Assembly: GCA_004431415.1 (NCBI GenBank)
Contig: QPMI01000453.1
Span: forward strand, 186,001-250,000
From: Cyanophora paradoxa CCMP329
Taxonomy: Eukaryota; Plantae; Glaucophyta
Length of the DNA stretch: 64,000 bases
Direction: 5' to 3'
Positions 1-11,944 of this stretch are shown piece by piece. Numbering within the stretch: position 1 is the first letter of the stretch; every line of letters starts with the position of its first letter. The notes beneath the pieces are model-generated. The model made no database searches, was not told the origin of the DNA, and saw nothing but the letters and a program-made list of their open reading frames with translations. A program made the translations under genes and the position numbers.

Positions 1-2442
1 CGAAGAGGAGGAGGAGGGCGAGGTCCGTGTGGAGCTGGCGGCCGAGATCGAGGCGCTCTCGGCCCCCGTGACCAGCGCCGTACCCACCCTCGAGCGCTCC
101 CTTCGTTCGCTCCTGCACGCGTTCCTCCCCTCGTTCGCCCGCGGCTCGCCGGCCCGGCGGGCCGCCCAGGCGAACGTTCTCCTGGCCCGCTTCGGGTGGA
201 CGGGCTCCGAGGAGGCGGCGTCCCTAGGAGACGCCGGCGCCCTCTCGGGGTACTCCCGGTACGTGCGCACGCTCACCTGAGCTCTGATTTGATCCGCTCC
301 GCTCCGCTCTGCCGTGCTTCGGGTCTCACCGGGCCCTTTACGCCCGCAGCGAGCGTGCACGGCAGCTCGAGCAGGGGGCCATCGCATCCCTTCCCGCCCC
401 CGGCAACGTGCGTACCCCCCGACCGCCCCTGCCCTCCCCAGGCCAGGCCGAGGCCTAGGCGCCTAGGCGCCTGGAGACCCGCCCTTGTCCTAGCCTATAC
501 GGCGTTCCTAAGCCCTGGACGCCTAAGTCCGCCCTACGCTAGACCCCTACGACCGGCCCGGCTCAAGCCTCGTTCGCAGCTCTTCATACCGGCGGCGCAC
601 CGGGCACTGGAGGTTGCCTTCGGGCGCCTGGACGGGGGGGCTACGGGCCTCGTCCCCGCCGGCCCCTGCCCCGCCCTGCACGCCGCCGGCCTCACCGAGC
701 GCGAAGACTTCCACCCGGCCTCGCTGCTCCGCCTCGTCGAGTACTGCACGGGCGGCGCCGGCCCGGCCTACGTCCACCTCGAGACGCAGGGGCTCGCCCC
801 CTTTGTGGACGGCGACTCGGCCCCCTCGGAGGCCGCCGAGGCCGCTCTCCGGACCCTCTCGGGCCTCGCCGCCGCCTGCGGCCTGCCCGCCCCGACCGCC
901 CCGCCCCCGCTGCCCGTACCCCCCGGAGGCCTGCCCTTCGTCCGCCCGCGCCCCGTGCCCCTGGCCTTCTTCGTTCGCGGGGAGGACGCGGCGTGGGCCG
1001 GGCGCGCGCTGGCGGCGGCGCGGGACGACCTGACGCTCCTAGGAGCCTCGTTCCCGGAGACCGTGGCCCTCTGGGGGCGCCTCGGCGGCCCCTCCCGCAT
1101 GACCAAGAACCGCATGGGCGAAAACGAGGAGGAGGAGGAGGAGGAGGAGGAGGAGGAGGACGAGGACGAGGAGGGAGAGGGGGCGGGGACCTCCGGTTCG
1201 GCGGAGGAGGCTTGGGAGGGAGAAGAAGAAGGGGGGGTAGGGGGATCCTCGCCCGGGTACAGCGGCGGGGCGGTGGACCTGGAGGAGGAGGAGGCCGAGC
1301 TGGCCCTGGCCGCCCTAGCGGCCGCGCAGCCCGGCATCATCCGGCCCATCGTGCCCCCCGGCGAGGGTGCGCACGCGTACCCCCCGTCCGTCTCGCGTGA
1401 CGGCTTCGCTTCGTTTAACTTGCTTCCTTCCTCTTTCGCTTGCCAGGCGGTCCGTTGGAGGAAGGGGAGGAGGAGGGGGATCGGCCCTGCGCGCGGGGGA
1501 TCATCGACGCCCGCCCGCTCCTCTCGTGCGCCGCAGCGGGCCGCGCCATTCTCTGCCTGGCCTCGGTCCTTCCTTGCTAAGCTTTGGCGCAGGGCGGCGC
1601 GCCTCTCGACGGGGGCGATGGGCCGGCGGGTCCCCGCCGTACACCGTACCCTCCTCCGCATGCTCGCCGCCGCGCGGTACTTCGGGCGGGCCAGCGCCCC
1701 GCTGGACGGCGTACCCCGCGCGCTCCGCGTCGCCGTCGCCGGATTGGTGCGCGAGGACGTCGGGCGGCCCACGGAGGGACTCGTGAACATGTACCGCGAG
1801 TTCGGTGCGCCCGCGCTGTACCCCCCTTCCACTTTCTCGCTCGTCTTTTTTTCGTCTCGTGATGCGTACCCCCCTTCTCTTTTTTTCGCAGGCTGGCCGA
1901 GGCCGCAGGACCTGCCGGCGATCGTCGCCAGCCACCCGGATCTGATCCTGTACCCCTCAGACCCCGCCCTCACCCACCCCTCCATCGCCCTCGGCCTCCC
2001 CCCCACCGCCGTCGTGCCCCTATCCCCCGGCAGCGTCGACCCGCTCCCATACCCCCCCACGCCGTCCCCCCCGGAGGCACCGAACCGCGCCGCCCTCTTC
2101 CCCGCCCTCGAGGGCCTGCACTTCGGGGCCCGCCCGGAGTTGAGCCCGCACCTCTCGGTTTTCCTTACCCCCACCGACTGCTTCCTCCTGCGCGCCCTCC
2201 TCCGCGTGTACCGCGTCCGCTCCCCGGGGGGCCTGCCCCCCCCTTCTCCTGTACCCGGGCCCCTCCCCGGAGTCCGCGCGGCGCGCATCATGGCCGCGCT
2301 TCGGGCCGAAGGCTTCTACGGCTCGCCTGCCCTCTGCCGCACCATCCTTACGACCTCGCCCCTCCTCCGCGTCCGCGCCGCACGCCCTGGCGCCTCGGCC
2401 ACCGGCAACCGCTACCTCTACTCCCCTTCCTTCATGCCTTGA
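1..2442 (+). CDS. Multi-exon gene (5' end outside window) encoding a protein with a sigma-70 region-4-like helix-turn-helix and an acidic poly-Glu tract
   Basis: Removing GT-AG introns 259-349 and 408-579 gives ...QANVLLARFGWTGSEEAASLGDAGALSGYSRERARQLEQGAIASL..., matching the sigma r4 pattern RFG..TLxExG..GxSRERVRQIE. The frame continues (further likely introns near 1397-1447 and 1805-1890) to TGA at 2440-2442. GAG repeat at ~1126-1172. Confidence 0.6.
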   Translation, partial: RRGGGGRGPCGAGGRDRGALGPRDQRRTHPRALPSFAPARVPPLVRPRLAGPAGRPGERSPGPLRVDGLRGGGVPRRRRRPLGVLPVRAHAHLSSDLIRSAPLCRASGLTGPFTPAASVHGSSSRGPSHPFPPPATCVPPDRPCPPQARPRPRRLGAWRPALVLAYTAFLSPGRLSPPYARPLRPARLKPRSQLFIPAAHRALEVAFGRLDGGATGLVPAGPCPALHAAGLTEREDFHPASLLRLVEYCTGGAGPAYVHLETQGLAPFVDGDSAPSEAAEAALRTLSGLAAACGLPAPTAPPPLPVPPGGLPFVRPRPVPLAFFVRGEDAAWAGRALAAARDDLTLLGASFPETVALWGRLGGPSRMTKNRMGENEEEEEEEEEEEDEDEEGEGAGTSGSAEEAWEGEEEGGVGGSSPGYSGGAVDLEEEEAELALAALAAAQPGIIRPIVPPGEGAHAYPPSVSRDGFASFNLLPSSFACQAVRWRKGRRRGIGPARGGSSTPARSSRAPQRAAPFSAWPRSFLAKLWRRAARLSTGAMGRRVPAVHRTLLRMLAAARYFGRASAPLDGVPRALRVAVAGLVREDVGRPTEGLVNMYREFGAPALYPPSTFSLVFFSSRDAYPPSLFFAGWPRPQDLPAIVASHPDLILYPSDPALTHPSIALGLPPTAVVPLSPGSVDPLPYPPTPSPPEAPNRAALFPALEGLHFGARPELSPHLSVFLTPTDCFLLRALLRVYRVRSPGGLPPPSPVPGPLPGVRAARIMAALRAEGFYGSPALCRTILTTSPLLRVRAARPGASATGNRYLYSPSFMP

Positions 2443-5400
2443 GGCCCTGGCCCGCGCAGGCCGCACGGCCCGCCCCCCCCCCCCCCCCCCCCCCCACCCC
2501 CCACCCCCGCTCCCTTCCTTGTAACGTTTTATTTTAACGGGCTTCAATTTAACGGGCCATGGCCCGGCCAGTGGCCGGTAATTCACCAAATTAAAACAAA
2601 TGCCGTAGTCTCTCAAAAAAAGGCAAACGCAGGTCGATCGCGCTATATATATCGATGTCTGTGCGTTTTCTATGATGTTTTCTGTGCGTTTTCGAATTCG
2701 GCCGCGCGCCCATGTGCATGGCCATGGCCAGACTCGACGTCGACGTCTGTCGCGATCGCGATCGACGTCAGCGCGCGAGATCTAGAGCTTCAGGCAGCCT
2801 GCTGACTCCTGATCGATATCAGTGAAGGGCTAGTGCATCGGACGCGGAAGCCAGCTAATATCGGAGCGACTCTCGGATCTCAGAGTCTCCGAGCTCTGGA
2901 CGCAGCTCACCGGCAGGTATCTTTCATGGCTTCTCGATGCATATCCATCCACTTTCTGCGACTTGACTCAGTAGAGACGCCTGCGCAGCGTCCGCGTACG
3001 TGTTGGGACGGAGGGGTGCCTCCCGGCGGTCCTACACCTGCCCCACCAACGCGGCGCCTAGGTGCGCTTTTACGGTATAAAACCACTTCATGCAGCGAGC
3101 GCCGCCGGAATGGCCAGGATCCCGGATGACCACCGTGGCACCTTGCAATTGGCACCTTGGCGCCCTGCAAATTTAAACCTGGTGAGCTCGCCGGCTGCTT
3201 GTCGCTGTTTCTGGCTTTGCTGATCGATGCGCATGTATGCCGACCGCTTCCAGTGGCGGCGGGAGCCCGTCGCTGGCGCCGTGAGCCCGCATGTAGGCCA
3301 CCGCGCCGCGCAATTGCGAATACAACCAAGACGAGCCCGGCGGCTGCCGTAGACGAGCGCAATCAGTGGCTCGTGTGATGCTGAAAGAACGTACGTATAC
3401 GTTTTGCTTTGCGCACCAGCTAGCTATATATAGCTATAGCCTGTGTTTGATCATCATGGCATGAAACGTTAACAGCACCACGTTTTTTCATGCCTCGACC
3501 TCGCGATCGGGATCGGAGGGGCGGTCCATGCGGGATCAAAAGAGACAATTACTGTATGTCTAGGAGGCTAGCGATTGCTGCCGAGAGAGCCGCGCTAGCT
3601 CGTGCCGCGCTAGCTAACTTTGTATGGTGCAGAGTGTGTACCCCCCTCTTCGTTCGCAAGGCGATTTTGCGGATTTAATTTTGAGCACTGGATCATATAT
3701 ATATATAGTTTCGCAGTGGCGAGTAGGGCTGGGCCGGTGGCGGCCGGTGGCAGTGGCAGCCTGCCACCGACCGACCGGGTGGAAAGTCCGGTCCACCGCC
3801 ATACAACGCCCGGTACCATACAAATAAAAATTCTAGGGGGGGTAGGCTGAGCGCGGGCGGGGTCCAAACGGCTGCCGCGGCGCGGTGCGCACATATGCAT
3901 GCATATGTACATGCGCATGCTAGCGAAGCCTAGCGCTAGCGTGAAACTAGTAGCGCAGCGGCGCCGGGCCGCCAGCGCGCTAGCTATATATATATAGCGC
4001 GCGTGGCGCCCGGCCGCCGGCGCCGGCGCGTGGCACCGTACCGCATGCGCGCTTATATATATATATGCATGCGCATGCATATGCGCATTGCGCATTGCGC
4101 AGCTAGCTATAGCGCTGCAGGCCGCGCACGCTGCCAGGACAGCCGCTGAGCGCTAGCGCTAGCCTAGTACAGCAGTGTAACGCGCAGCGATTCCGTGCGC
4201 GCGTATACGTATAGTCGTCGTATACGTACAGCAGCTATAGCTAAAGCTATGTCTTCAATGCAACGGATCCAAAGGGAGCTGACGTCGACGCCATCCCGTA
4301 CCTCATGAGCATCGACCACCCCGGCCTCCCCCACAACTGGCTTGAACCCGCCCCAAAGCACTCGCTTTAGATAGTAGGCGCGTAGCGCCTTAAGCTGTGC
4401 AAAATTAAGCGTATTTCCTGTCGATTTTCACGCACTGTAGCACGTACCCCCCCTCTACCGACCGCCACCGGCGGGTAACAGTCAGCGGGCCCACCGACCG
4501 GGTGGAGATTTAGGCCGACTGTGCCCAGCCCTAGTGGCGAGGCACGGGGTACCCACATATATTTTCAGGGCGCCTTCTCGCAAGCGGCGAAACGATTGGC
4601 GTCGATTGCGGACCCTCTTAAATTCTTTGAATTCCTTTTTGCTATTCACTTTACAGTCTTTTTCCCTAATCTTGTTTTTGCTCCTTCTGCCTCCTAGTAC
4701 CGCCAGAGCCTCATTTACCACGACTTTTTCGTCTTTTTTCGACCTTTTTAGCCCCCCAGCTTCGCAACCTAACGTTAACCGTACGCGTTGCGCACGTACT
4801 ACTGTAGAATGCAAAACTTTATAATTATTAGTCTGAAATATTTATTAGTCCGGGGTTTTGGCCGTTTATTACCTAGTAAATATTTATAAGCGGCCTTTGG
4901 CAGGGGCCGGGTGCCCCCCGCCCCCGACCCCCCCACGGCCCACCGTGGCACGGGCAATGGCCACGCACATACGTACACTGCGCTCAAAGAAGCGCGGAGT
5001 AGAAGGGCGCCGACGAGCTTGAAGGGTGTACCCCCTCTCCGCAACTGCTTTATTACCCTAAAATCTTTATTAATAAATCGCAACTTCGGTACCGGAACGG
5101 CGGTGCCCGCGCCGGTGACTCGGCGGTGAGTCGGCCGCGCGGTGACCGATATCGATCGATATCGCGACGACCGTACCGTCCGGCATACCAGTATATATAC
5201 TAGTACTTGTCGGAGCACACTGTCAATATTAATAGTACTTGTCGGATAATAATAATACTAAATATAAAGTTTTTAAAGTTCTGTTCGAAAAAGCTAAGTT
5301 TTAAATTTCATAGCTTACGTATACGTGAAACTATTAAACTCGAGGCCCCGGGGGGATACTAAGCACAGTGGCGAAGCGCGGCCGCGTGTAGTTGCGGACC

Positions 5401-7749
5401 CAACTTGCGGGACGGGAGAAGCATGCCGCTGAAGGGAGCACGTGCACAGATCAAGAATTGCGCGGCCCCTCATGGGCGCGGCGCTGCGCTAGCGCTCACC
5501 CTCAAGTAGGCCCCTCCTATAGCTAAAGGACTCCGCGGCCAATTGCAAGCTTACGTCTCAGAGTCTTCGAATTCTCGGAAGTTCTATAAAAACTATTTTT
5601 TTTTTTTTAAGATCTACGGTGGGCGTGCCCACTCGTAGTACACAACGAGGATACAAGTCACGGTATCGGGAATCACAGGGATTCGAAGTACAACGTAGCG
5701 GAAACAGCAGGAACCGAACCCGGGAATCCGGGAGGTCGTAGCACGACCTTATATCACTGCGCTAAAGCGCGGGTAAAATATAACTAATTATTTTCCGAGT
5801 TTCCTGTACTAAATTAACTACTAGTAGTAGTATTAATGTAATACTATCATAGTATCACACCAGCCAAGGGGTTTTGCCGGCTTTCCATGGCTTGCCTTCC
5901 AAGTCATCAAGCCCCGGGCTCGCAATCGAGCCAGCGAGCGAAGATTTGGTGAAGTTTGCGCGAGCTGCACAAAGCCAGACCAAGCCGCGCTGGCCACTGG
6001 AACCATAGTAACTGGCAAGCCGCTGCCAAGCCAGCCGAGATTTTGGAGCCGCCTAGCCGCCAGGGCCAGCCCCGGCCGGTGCAAGGACTTGAGATTTTGC
6101 ATGGGCCAGCCCCGGTGCAAGCTTAAGCTTCTTGCCCCGCCGGCCACCGAATCGGCACCGATCCGGGAGCCGGCGGTGACGGTGACGTGGTAATCCGTGC
6201 ACACGATTGGCGCAATTTGGCGGTCTTTTGAGTGGCAGACTGGCAGTGAGTCGATCAGTCAAAATTAATTTTAACAACATCAACCTCGAAAACAATGTTG
6301 CATTTCAAGCCAACCAGCGTTTTCCTGAATTTTTTGCGTGTCATTATCCGCGAATGGGCGGCGTTGGATATGCAGATCGGATTAATAGTCTTGCTCATCA
6401 AGGCTTTTCCTGTCGACGTCCACTTCCCAAAATCCGAGGGTCAATCTATTTGGTTGATTGGGTGGGGTTACAGGTGTGAGAGAAATTCAGGAAGTTGTGT
6501 CTGGAATTCGGGAAGTTGGGTCCTTTTACAACATGTACATCACAGTACATGTTATACCGCTGAAAAAAATACCAGCACCAAAAAAATACCATACGAACTG
6601 CAGCTGGTACTGTCTGTTAACGTTAGACCACTGTTATTAATTAATAGTCTGTTATACGTATACGGTCGACGCCGGACGTCTAATATAATCTGGATTCAAT
6701 GATTCTGCGACTCGCGAGTCGCGATCGGCGCGCGAGTCTGGAGTCTGGACTCTGGACTCTGGCCATGGAGTCTGGAACTTCGGAATCTGGATCGGATCGA
6801 TAACGTAACGGACCGATATACTAATTTGGTTGACCCCCCAACTTGACCGTAGCACTGTAGTACTGTACTACGGTACTATTGACTGTAGCAGCTAGTCCGG
6901 TGATCCGCCAGGCGCCGGCCGGGATCGGAATCATCATGATCATGAGTCATGAGTCATGAGACTCATGACTATCTGCACAATCATGGCAATGAAAGTTTTA
7001 ATTAAAGACCCATGTCACGGCCCTCACGGGGCCATGTGCAATGTGCATAGCCTGATGATGATAGGTGCCATCATGGCATATGCATCGCCTGCTGCCGCGC
7101 GCCATAGCTAAAATAACAATTTCTGAATGCAGGCTAATTGAATTCAGCATCATCGCGAATCGCGATCATCGATTCCGATCATCGGATCTGGATTCCTGAT
7201 TCAATAATTCATCGGTTTAATTTGTCAACGTTAACGTGTTCTTAACGGAATGTAAGTTCGCGCATGCTAATTCAATCATAATTATGAAACATGCACATCA
7301 TCCGGATCCCGGAGTCCGCATGCAGAAATTGTATCTACTAACTACGGTACTACGGTAGTAACGGTACTACCGTAGTACGGTAGTACTAGTACCGTAGTAC
7401 TACCGTAGTACGGTACTGCGGTACTACGTGTTAACGACCTCACCGCGGCCGTGGCACCGGTTTTCGGCCTGAGACTCAGTGAGACTGTGAGTCTAGATCT
7501 GTGCCACGGTGACTGAGTCAGTCGACGTCTGGTACTACGTATACGCCTGTGACGGTAGTCAGCCAGGACTTCAGCCTGCACCCCAGCCCCGGCCTGCATC
7601 ATGCTGCATGGCATGCCATGATCATCGGATGCTCGGTCAGAGTTGGTCTGCAGCTGCAGTGACTCTGCGCATGCATTGAGTCTGCACCGTGGCACCGGTT
7701 TACCGGTACCGTCTGCAAGACTGCAACTGCAACTTGCAAGAGTCCGTAT

Positions 7750-8139
7750 TAGGGTTGGCAGCTTGAAATTTCAAGCCATTGAAATTGCATTGAAATTGAA
7801 AATCCAATTTCAATTTCAACGCCGCCCGTTGAAATTGCATTGAAATAGAATATAAAAATAATAAAATATATTGAATTTCTCCGTTTTCGCACCCTCAGCT
7901 TCCCCTTCCCAGCCCCTCCGGCCTTCCCGGGAGCCCTCCCAGCCCGTAAAGAGTCTCAGAGAGTGAGAGTGAAGTCGATTAGAGACAATTCAGAGTGAAA
8001 GAGACTCTCTGCAGTGCGTGGGGTCTCTGCAAGTGCTGCACTGCGGATTGAAATTTCAATTGAATTTTCAAAGCTTTCAAAGGGTCGACTTTCAGTTTCA
8101 ACGCCAAATTTTTGAATTTCATGAAATTCACCAACCCTA
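7750..8139. mobile_element. hAT-superfamily MITE (non-autonomous, 390 bp)
   Basis: Terminal inverted repeats TAGGGTTGG (7750-7758) and CCAACCCTA (8131-8139), flanked by a perfect 8-bp target-site duplication GTCCGTAT (7742-7749 and 8140-8147). Reiterated subterminal TTGAAATT/AATTTCAA motifs; no ORF. Confidence 0.85.
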
Positions 8140-8630
8140 GTCCGTATCATAGTATAGCTATATAGGCAGTGTGTTAATAGTAGGCACTGCTAATTAATTC
8201 AGTGCTAATTAGCGCCGGTCCGGCCCGGAGCAGTCACTGAGAGTCACCGTGGCACTGATCATGAGCGCGCGATGACTCAGTGATCATCGGATCATCAGTG
8301 ATCCCGGGCCTTTGTCAGGGAGCATGCGCAGCTTGTACTGGTCCTAGTTTCCGAAAAAAGTTCAAAGTTCAAGTTTCCACCTGTCACAGTGTGGAGCGAG
8401 CCAACGCGCAGCTGCAGCCGCTGAGCGTCCTGAACGCATACGTACGTGCACTGGCCAGCTTGCAGCACCAGCTGTAGCAGCTGCAGCCGCAGCGGAGCGG
8501 CATCAGCGCAGTCGCGGATGCAACTATAGCTAATACTGTGCGCACTGCGCATGCGGCATGCGATTAATATTTGTGAGCTACTAGCACTATAGCTAGCTAT
8601 AGTATACGTACCAGTACCGAACGGTCTGAT

Positions 8631-11600
8631 ATGTACTTCGTGGCAAGGCCCCTTCACATGTGCAGCCCAGGCGGCGGCTTGCAACTGCAATCTAACGAAA
8701 GTGAGGGCCTCGCGATCGTGAACATGGAGCACAGTGATCAGCTGCAGCTCGTACACGCGCGGCATTATCATTCTCAAATGCAACATGTACAGCACACGTA
8801 TGTGCCGGCGCCCTGGCCATGGGCTTGGGCACATGCGGATGCGCAGGCGGCCGCGGCTCACGCCGCCTCGCTTTCCAACGCTCCAACGCTGGAAATGAAT
8901 ACAGGCCTAGGGCCGACCATTTCCAGCTCAACGCTTAGCCGGCCGCAGCCTAGGTCTAGGCCTGCAGCCTCGAATGGCAGCAGACAATCTGCAGCAGGAA
9001 CCGTCGATTGCAGCGTGGACGACTCCGCGATCGACGCTGGTGGTGGCGTAAACGGCGGATCGTTTCTCGCGGTGAAGCGTGAGCGCTCGCGTTCGTGGGC
9101 CGATTATGAAGAGGACACGGACTCCCGTTCCTCAACGCCCGAATGGAAGGGGTGTTCCGCGCCACCGGAGGGATATCCGAGGCCGATCGACTTGCGATCG
9201 CGGGCAGAAGACCGTGCGCATGCGCATGCGTTTTGGGACTACCGATTTGCATATAGCATTGAATTGCACTCTTTGACTCTGTTGCAGGCCTAGGCGTTCG
9301 TAGCCGGCGGCAAGATCAGCTCGCCCCTACCTTCGTAGTGCTGCACCGCCTCTCGGCAAGCCAAGCTGCTCGTGCGTTTTCTTATAAAATTATAATTAAA
9401 GCTTGCTTTAATCGCTGAGTCATAACTCGATATATATCGCTGCTGCTCGGCTGAATTCGAAGCGCATGATCAGCTGCAGCTGGCTATTGCATTTAGGTGA
9501 TTAGTCACGCTATAGCTACATGCAATTGACCAGTTCAACGGTTGTAAACTTAAATTGGCGGCCTGCCTCCTTATATCATTTCAATATATACTAGTACTAG
9601 TGCTCGTCAATTTCAAGCGACGCTACACTAGCTATAGCCCGACGCGTGCCGGGCGCAGCTTTTGTGGAGGTGCCGTACGAGCCCTCGCCGGACTCGCCCG
9701 GAGTCGGCGGCGTCCCCTCCGGCCCCGGCATCCGCTACACCCTCCTCACCACCAGGTGCGCCTTCCGGCGCGCGCGCCGCACCGGCCCCCTGCGCGCGCT
9801 TACGGAGCGCGCGGCTCCTGTTGCGGGCGGTGTGGGGCGCAGGCAGTACAAGCTGCGGCTGGGCGACATGAGGCCAGAGTGGCTTTCGGCGTGGTCGGGC
9901 GCCACCCTTCGCGTCTCCCTCGTCTACAAAGGTGTGCTTTCCGCTCGAGATTGTGCTCACATTTTTTGTGTGCATGCATGTATCTTGGTGGCAGCGCTGT
10001 GACGCACCCGCAGACGATGGCGCCCCTGTACTGTACGCCGTTCGCCCCGACAAGCCGGCGAAGTACGGGCAAACGTGTGCCAAACGGAACCTCAAGCGCG
10101 GTCGCTGCGAGCGCGGAAATCCTGAGCGTGCGTTTATACGTATGTATACAAATCAATTTAAAGCCGTCGACGCTGGCGAGCGCGTTCTCGCAATAGAACT
10201 CGATTTGTGAATGAAATTAAAAGTGAAATCGATTGCAATTGCTGAATTAATGCACAGGTGCCGACTCTACAGCTGCCGACAGTGTTGACCGCGACTTGAA
10301 CGAGCAAAGTCCGGAGCAGAGCTCGAGCCCGGCGCAGGACGATGAAAGTCCCGTCGACGTCGCTTCGTCAGCCTCCAGCTCAGGGCCGCCCGCTGGGGAT
10401 CCGGACCCGGTCACGGATTCGGGACGTCGTGCGGACTCGAAGCGTGCTCATGGGGGCGCCGGCGGCGGGAAATCGAAGGTTCGAGAGGACGGCGGCCCGC
10501 TCCTCCGCTTCGAGAGCGAGGTACATATACATCTTTCATCGACTTGCGTGTCTCATCTCTTCAATTGAACTTGCTTAACGGTTTCTCGTGGCAGGTGGTT
10601 CCCGGTCGAGTGTACGACTTCCGAAATGCTCGGCAATGTCGAGAGGTGCCCTTCTTTGTGTTCTATTCGATTTCCCGTTTGGCGGCTTTGAGCTTGTTGT
10701 TCATATTTAGCTCATCGCTTAACCTTCTCTAGAATTCATCTTAGGTCGTAATCTAATTTGGCGTTCAGGTTATCCTCACGTTGGACGAGAGTGGGGAGTC
10801 GCGTGAATCTTTCGGCTTCATGGCTTCCACGTTCCGCCACGAGCGCCGCCCCTTCGTTCTGAAAGTGGAGCACGCGAGTTCGAATTCCGGCCCAATTTCC
10901 GGGGCGCCGGACGGCCGCCAGCTGCAGTCTTCGGGTTCGAATCCTCGTCCTCGCATCGCAGGCCACATCGAGATCACCACGCGAGCCCACAAGGGCGTCG
11001 GCCACGCGCATTCGTACGTCGGATCCGGAGCCGCCGCTGGCGCCGCGGCCGTCGTCGGCGCCGGCGCGCGATCCGAATTCGGCATCGGATCCGGTCCCTC
11101 CGGATCCATTCCCCCGTTTGTGCCCATGCTCGTAGACATCCCCGTCTCGCCCCTCTCGACATCAGCGTCGCCAGCTGCAGCGGATCTGCCCGCAGCGGCT
11201 GCGCGCAGCGCCACATCCGTCGCGACCCACGCGCCCGATCACGCCTCCCGATCCGGCTGCAGCTCAAAGCGTCGTCGCCGCGACGAATCGGCTTGCGAGC
11301 TTCAGCTGCAGCCCGCAGCCGACTCTCCGGAGTCTTTGAAGACAATCGCAGCCCTCCACGATCATGAAGACGATCCTGATCAGCGGCTGGCCGCGCAGTC
11401 AGCGCACGTGCACGTGTCGGCTCCGGCATCGGAGGCAGATTTCATAAAATTGGAGCTCGCATATCCTGGTCGACGTCCGGCCGCGGACACTGAGGCGTTC
11501 TCTTGCGTGCGCCAAGACCACCGCGGGGTCGACAACGGCGCATTCGCGACCTGTTATTTGCATGGCCATGGCTTCCCTCTCATGGGAGACGTCAGCCATA

Positions 11601-11944
11601 TGCATAACAGCTGCGGATTGGGGCCGGTCCCTATCCAGAACCTCCTCTGCTCTTCGCTCCTTCAGACGTCGACGCCGGCCGGTGCCCCGGCCAGCGCTGG
11701 GGCTTCTTTGGACGAGCCCCATGGCCACACAGCTGCCGCTTCATTCGATGCTGGATCCCTCGTGCAGGGGCACGGCATGCATATGGGAATGCTGCGATTC
11801 CTTCCCCCCTGCTCAGGTCGCGGAGCGGGAGCCGGATCCGGAGCCGGCCGCGCCCGCCCCGGACCTGTCGGACCTCTCCGAATCCTTCCCATGGTAATCC
11901 CGTTTGACTCGCTTGCAACGGCCTCCGAATGGCATCTCGAGTAA
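8631..11944 (+). CDS. Multi-exon hypothetical protein; putative Ig-fold (p53/RHD/CudA-like) DNA-binding transcription factor with low-complexity flanks
   Basis: Approximate exons (8631-9212, 9288-9371, ~9640-9755, 9843-9931, 10013-10127, 10258-10520, 10595-10645, 10769-11944) splice in frame where checked, giving QYKLRLG..LRVSLVYKDDGAPV..PLLRFESE VVPGRVYDFRNARQCRE VILTLDESGESRESFGFMASTFRHERRPFVLKVEH..IAGHIEITTR. The fold assignment is by motif memory only. Confidence 0.5.

Noticed and set aside
4168-4806. Possible Tc1/mariner-type MITE (TA-CAGCAGT ... ACTACTG-TA)
   Set aside because: The inverted match is only ~9 bp with a mismatch, in DNA full of micro-palindromes; not distinguishable from chance.
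2833-7700. Short ORFs in the left intergenic region
   Set aside because: No recognisable motifs or consistent splice pattern; palindrome-rich non-coding composition, possibly decayed transposon remnants.
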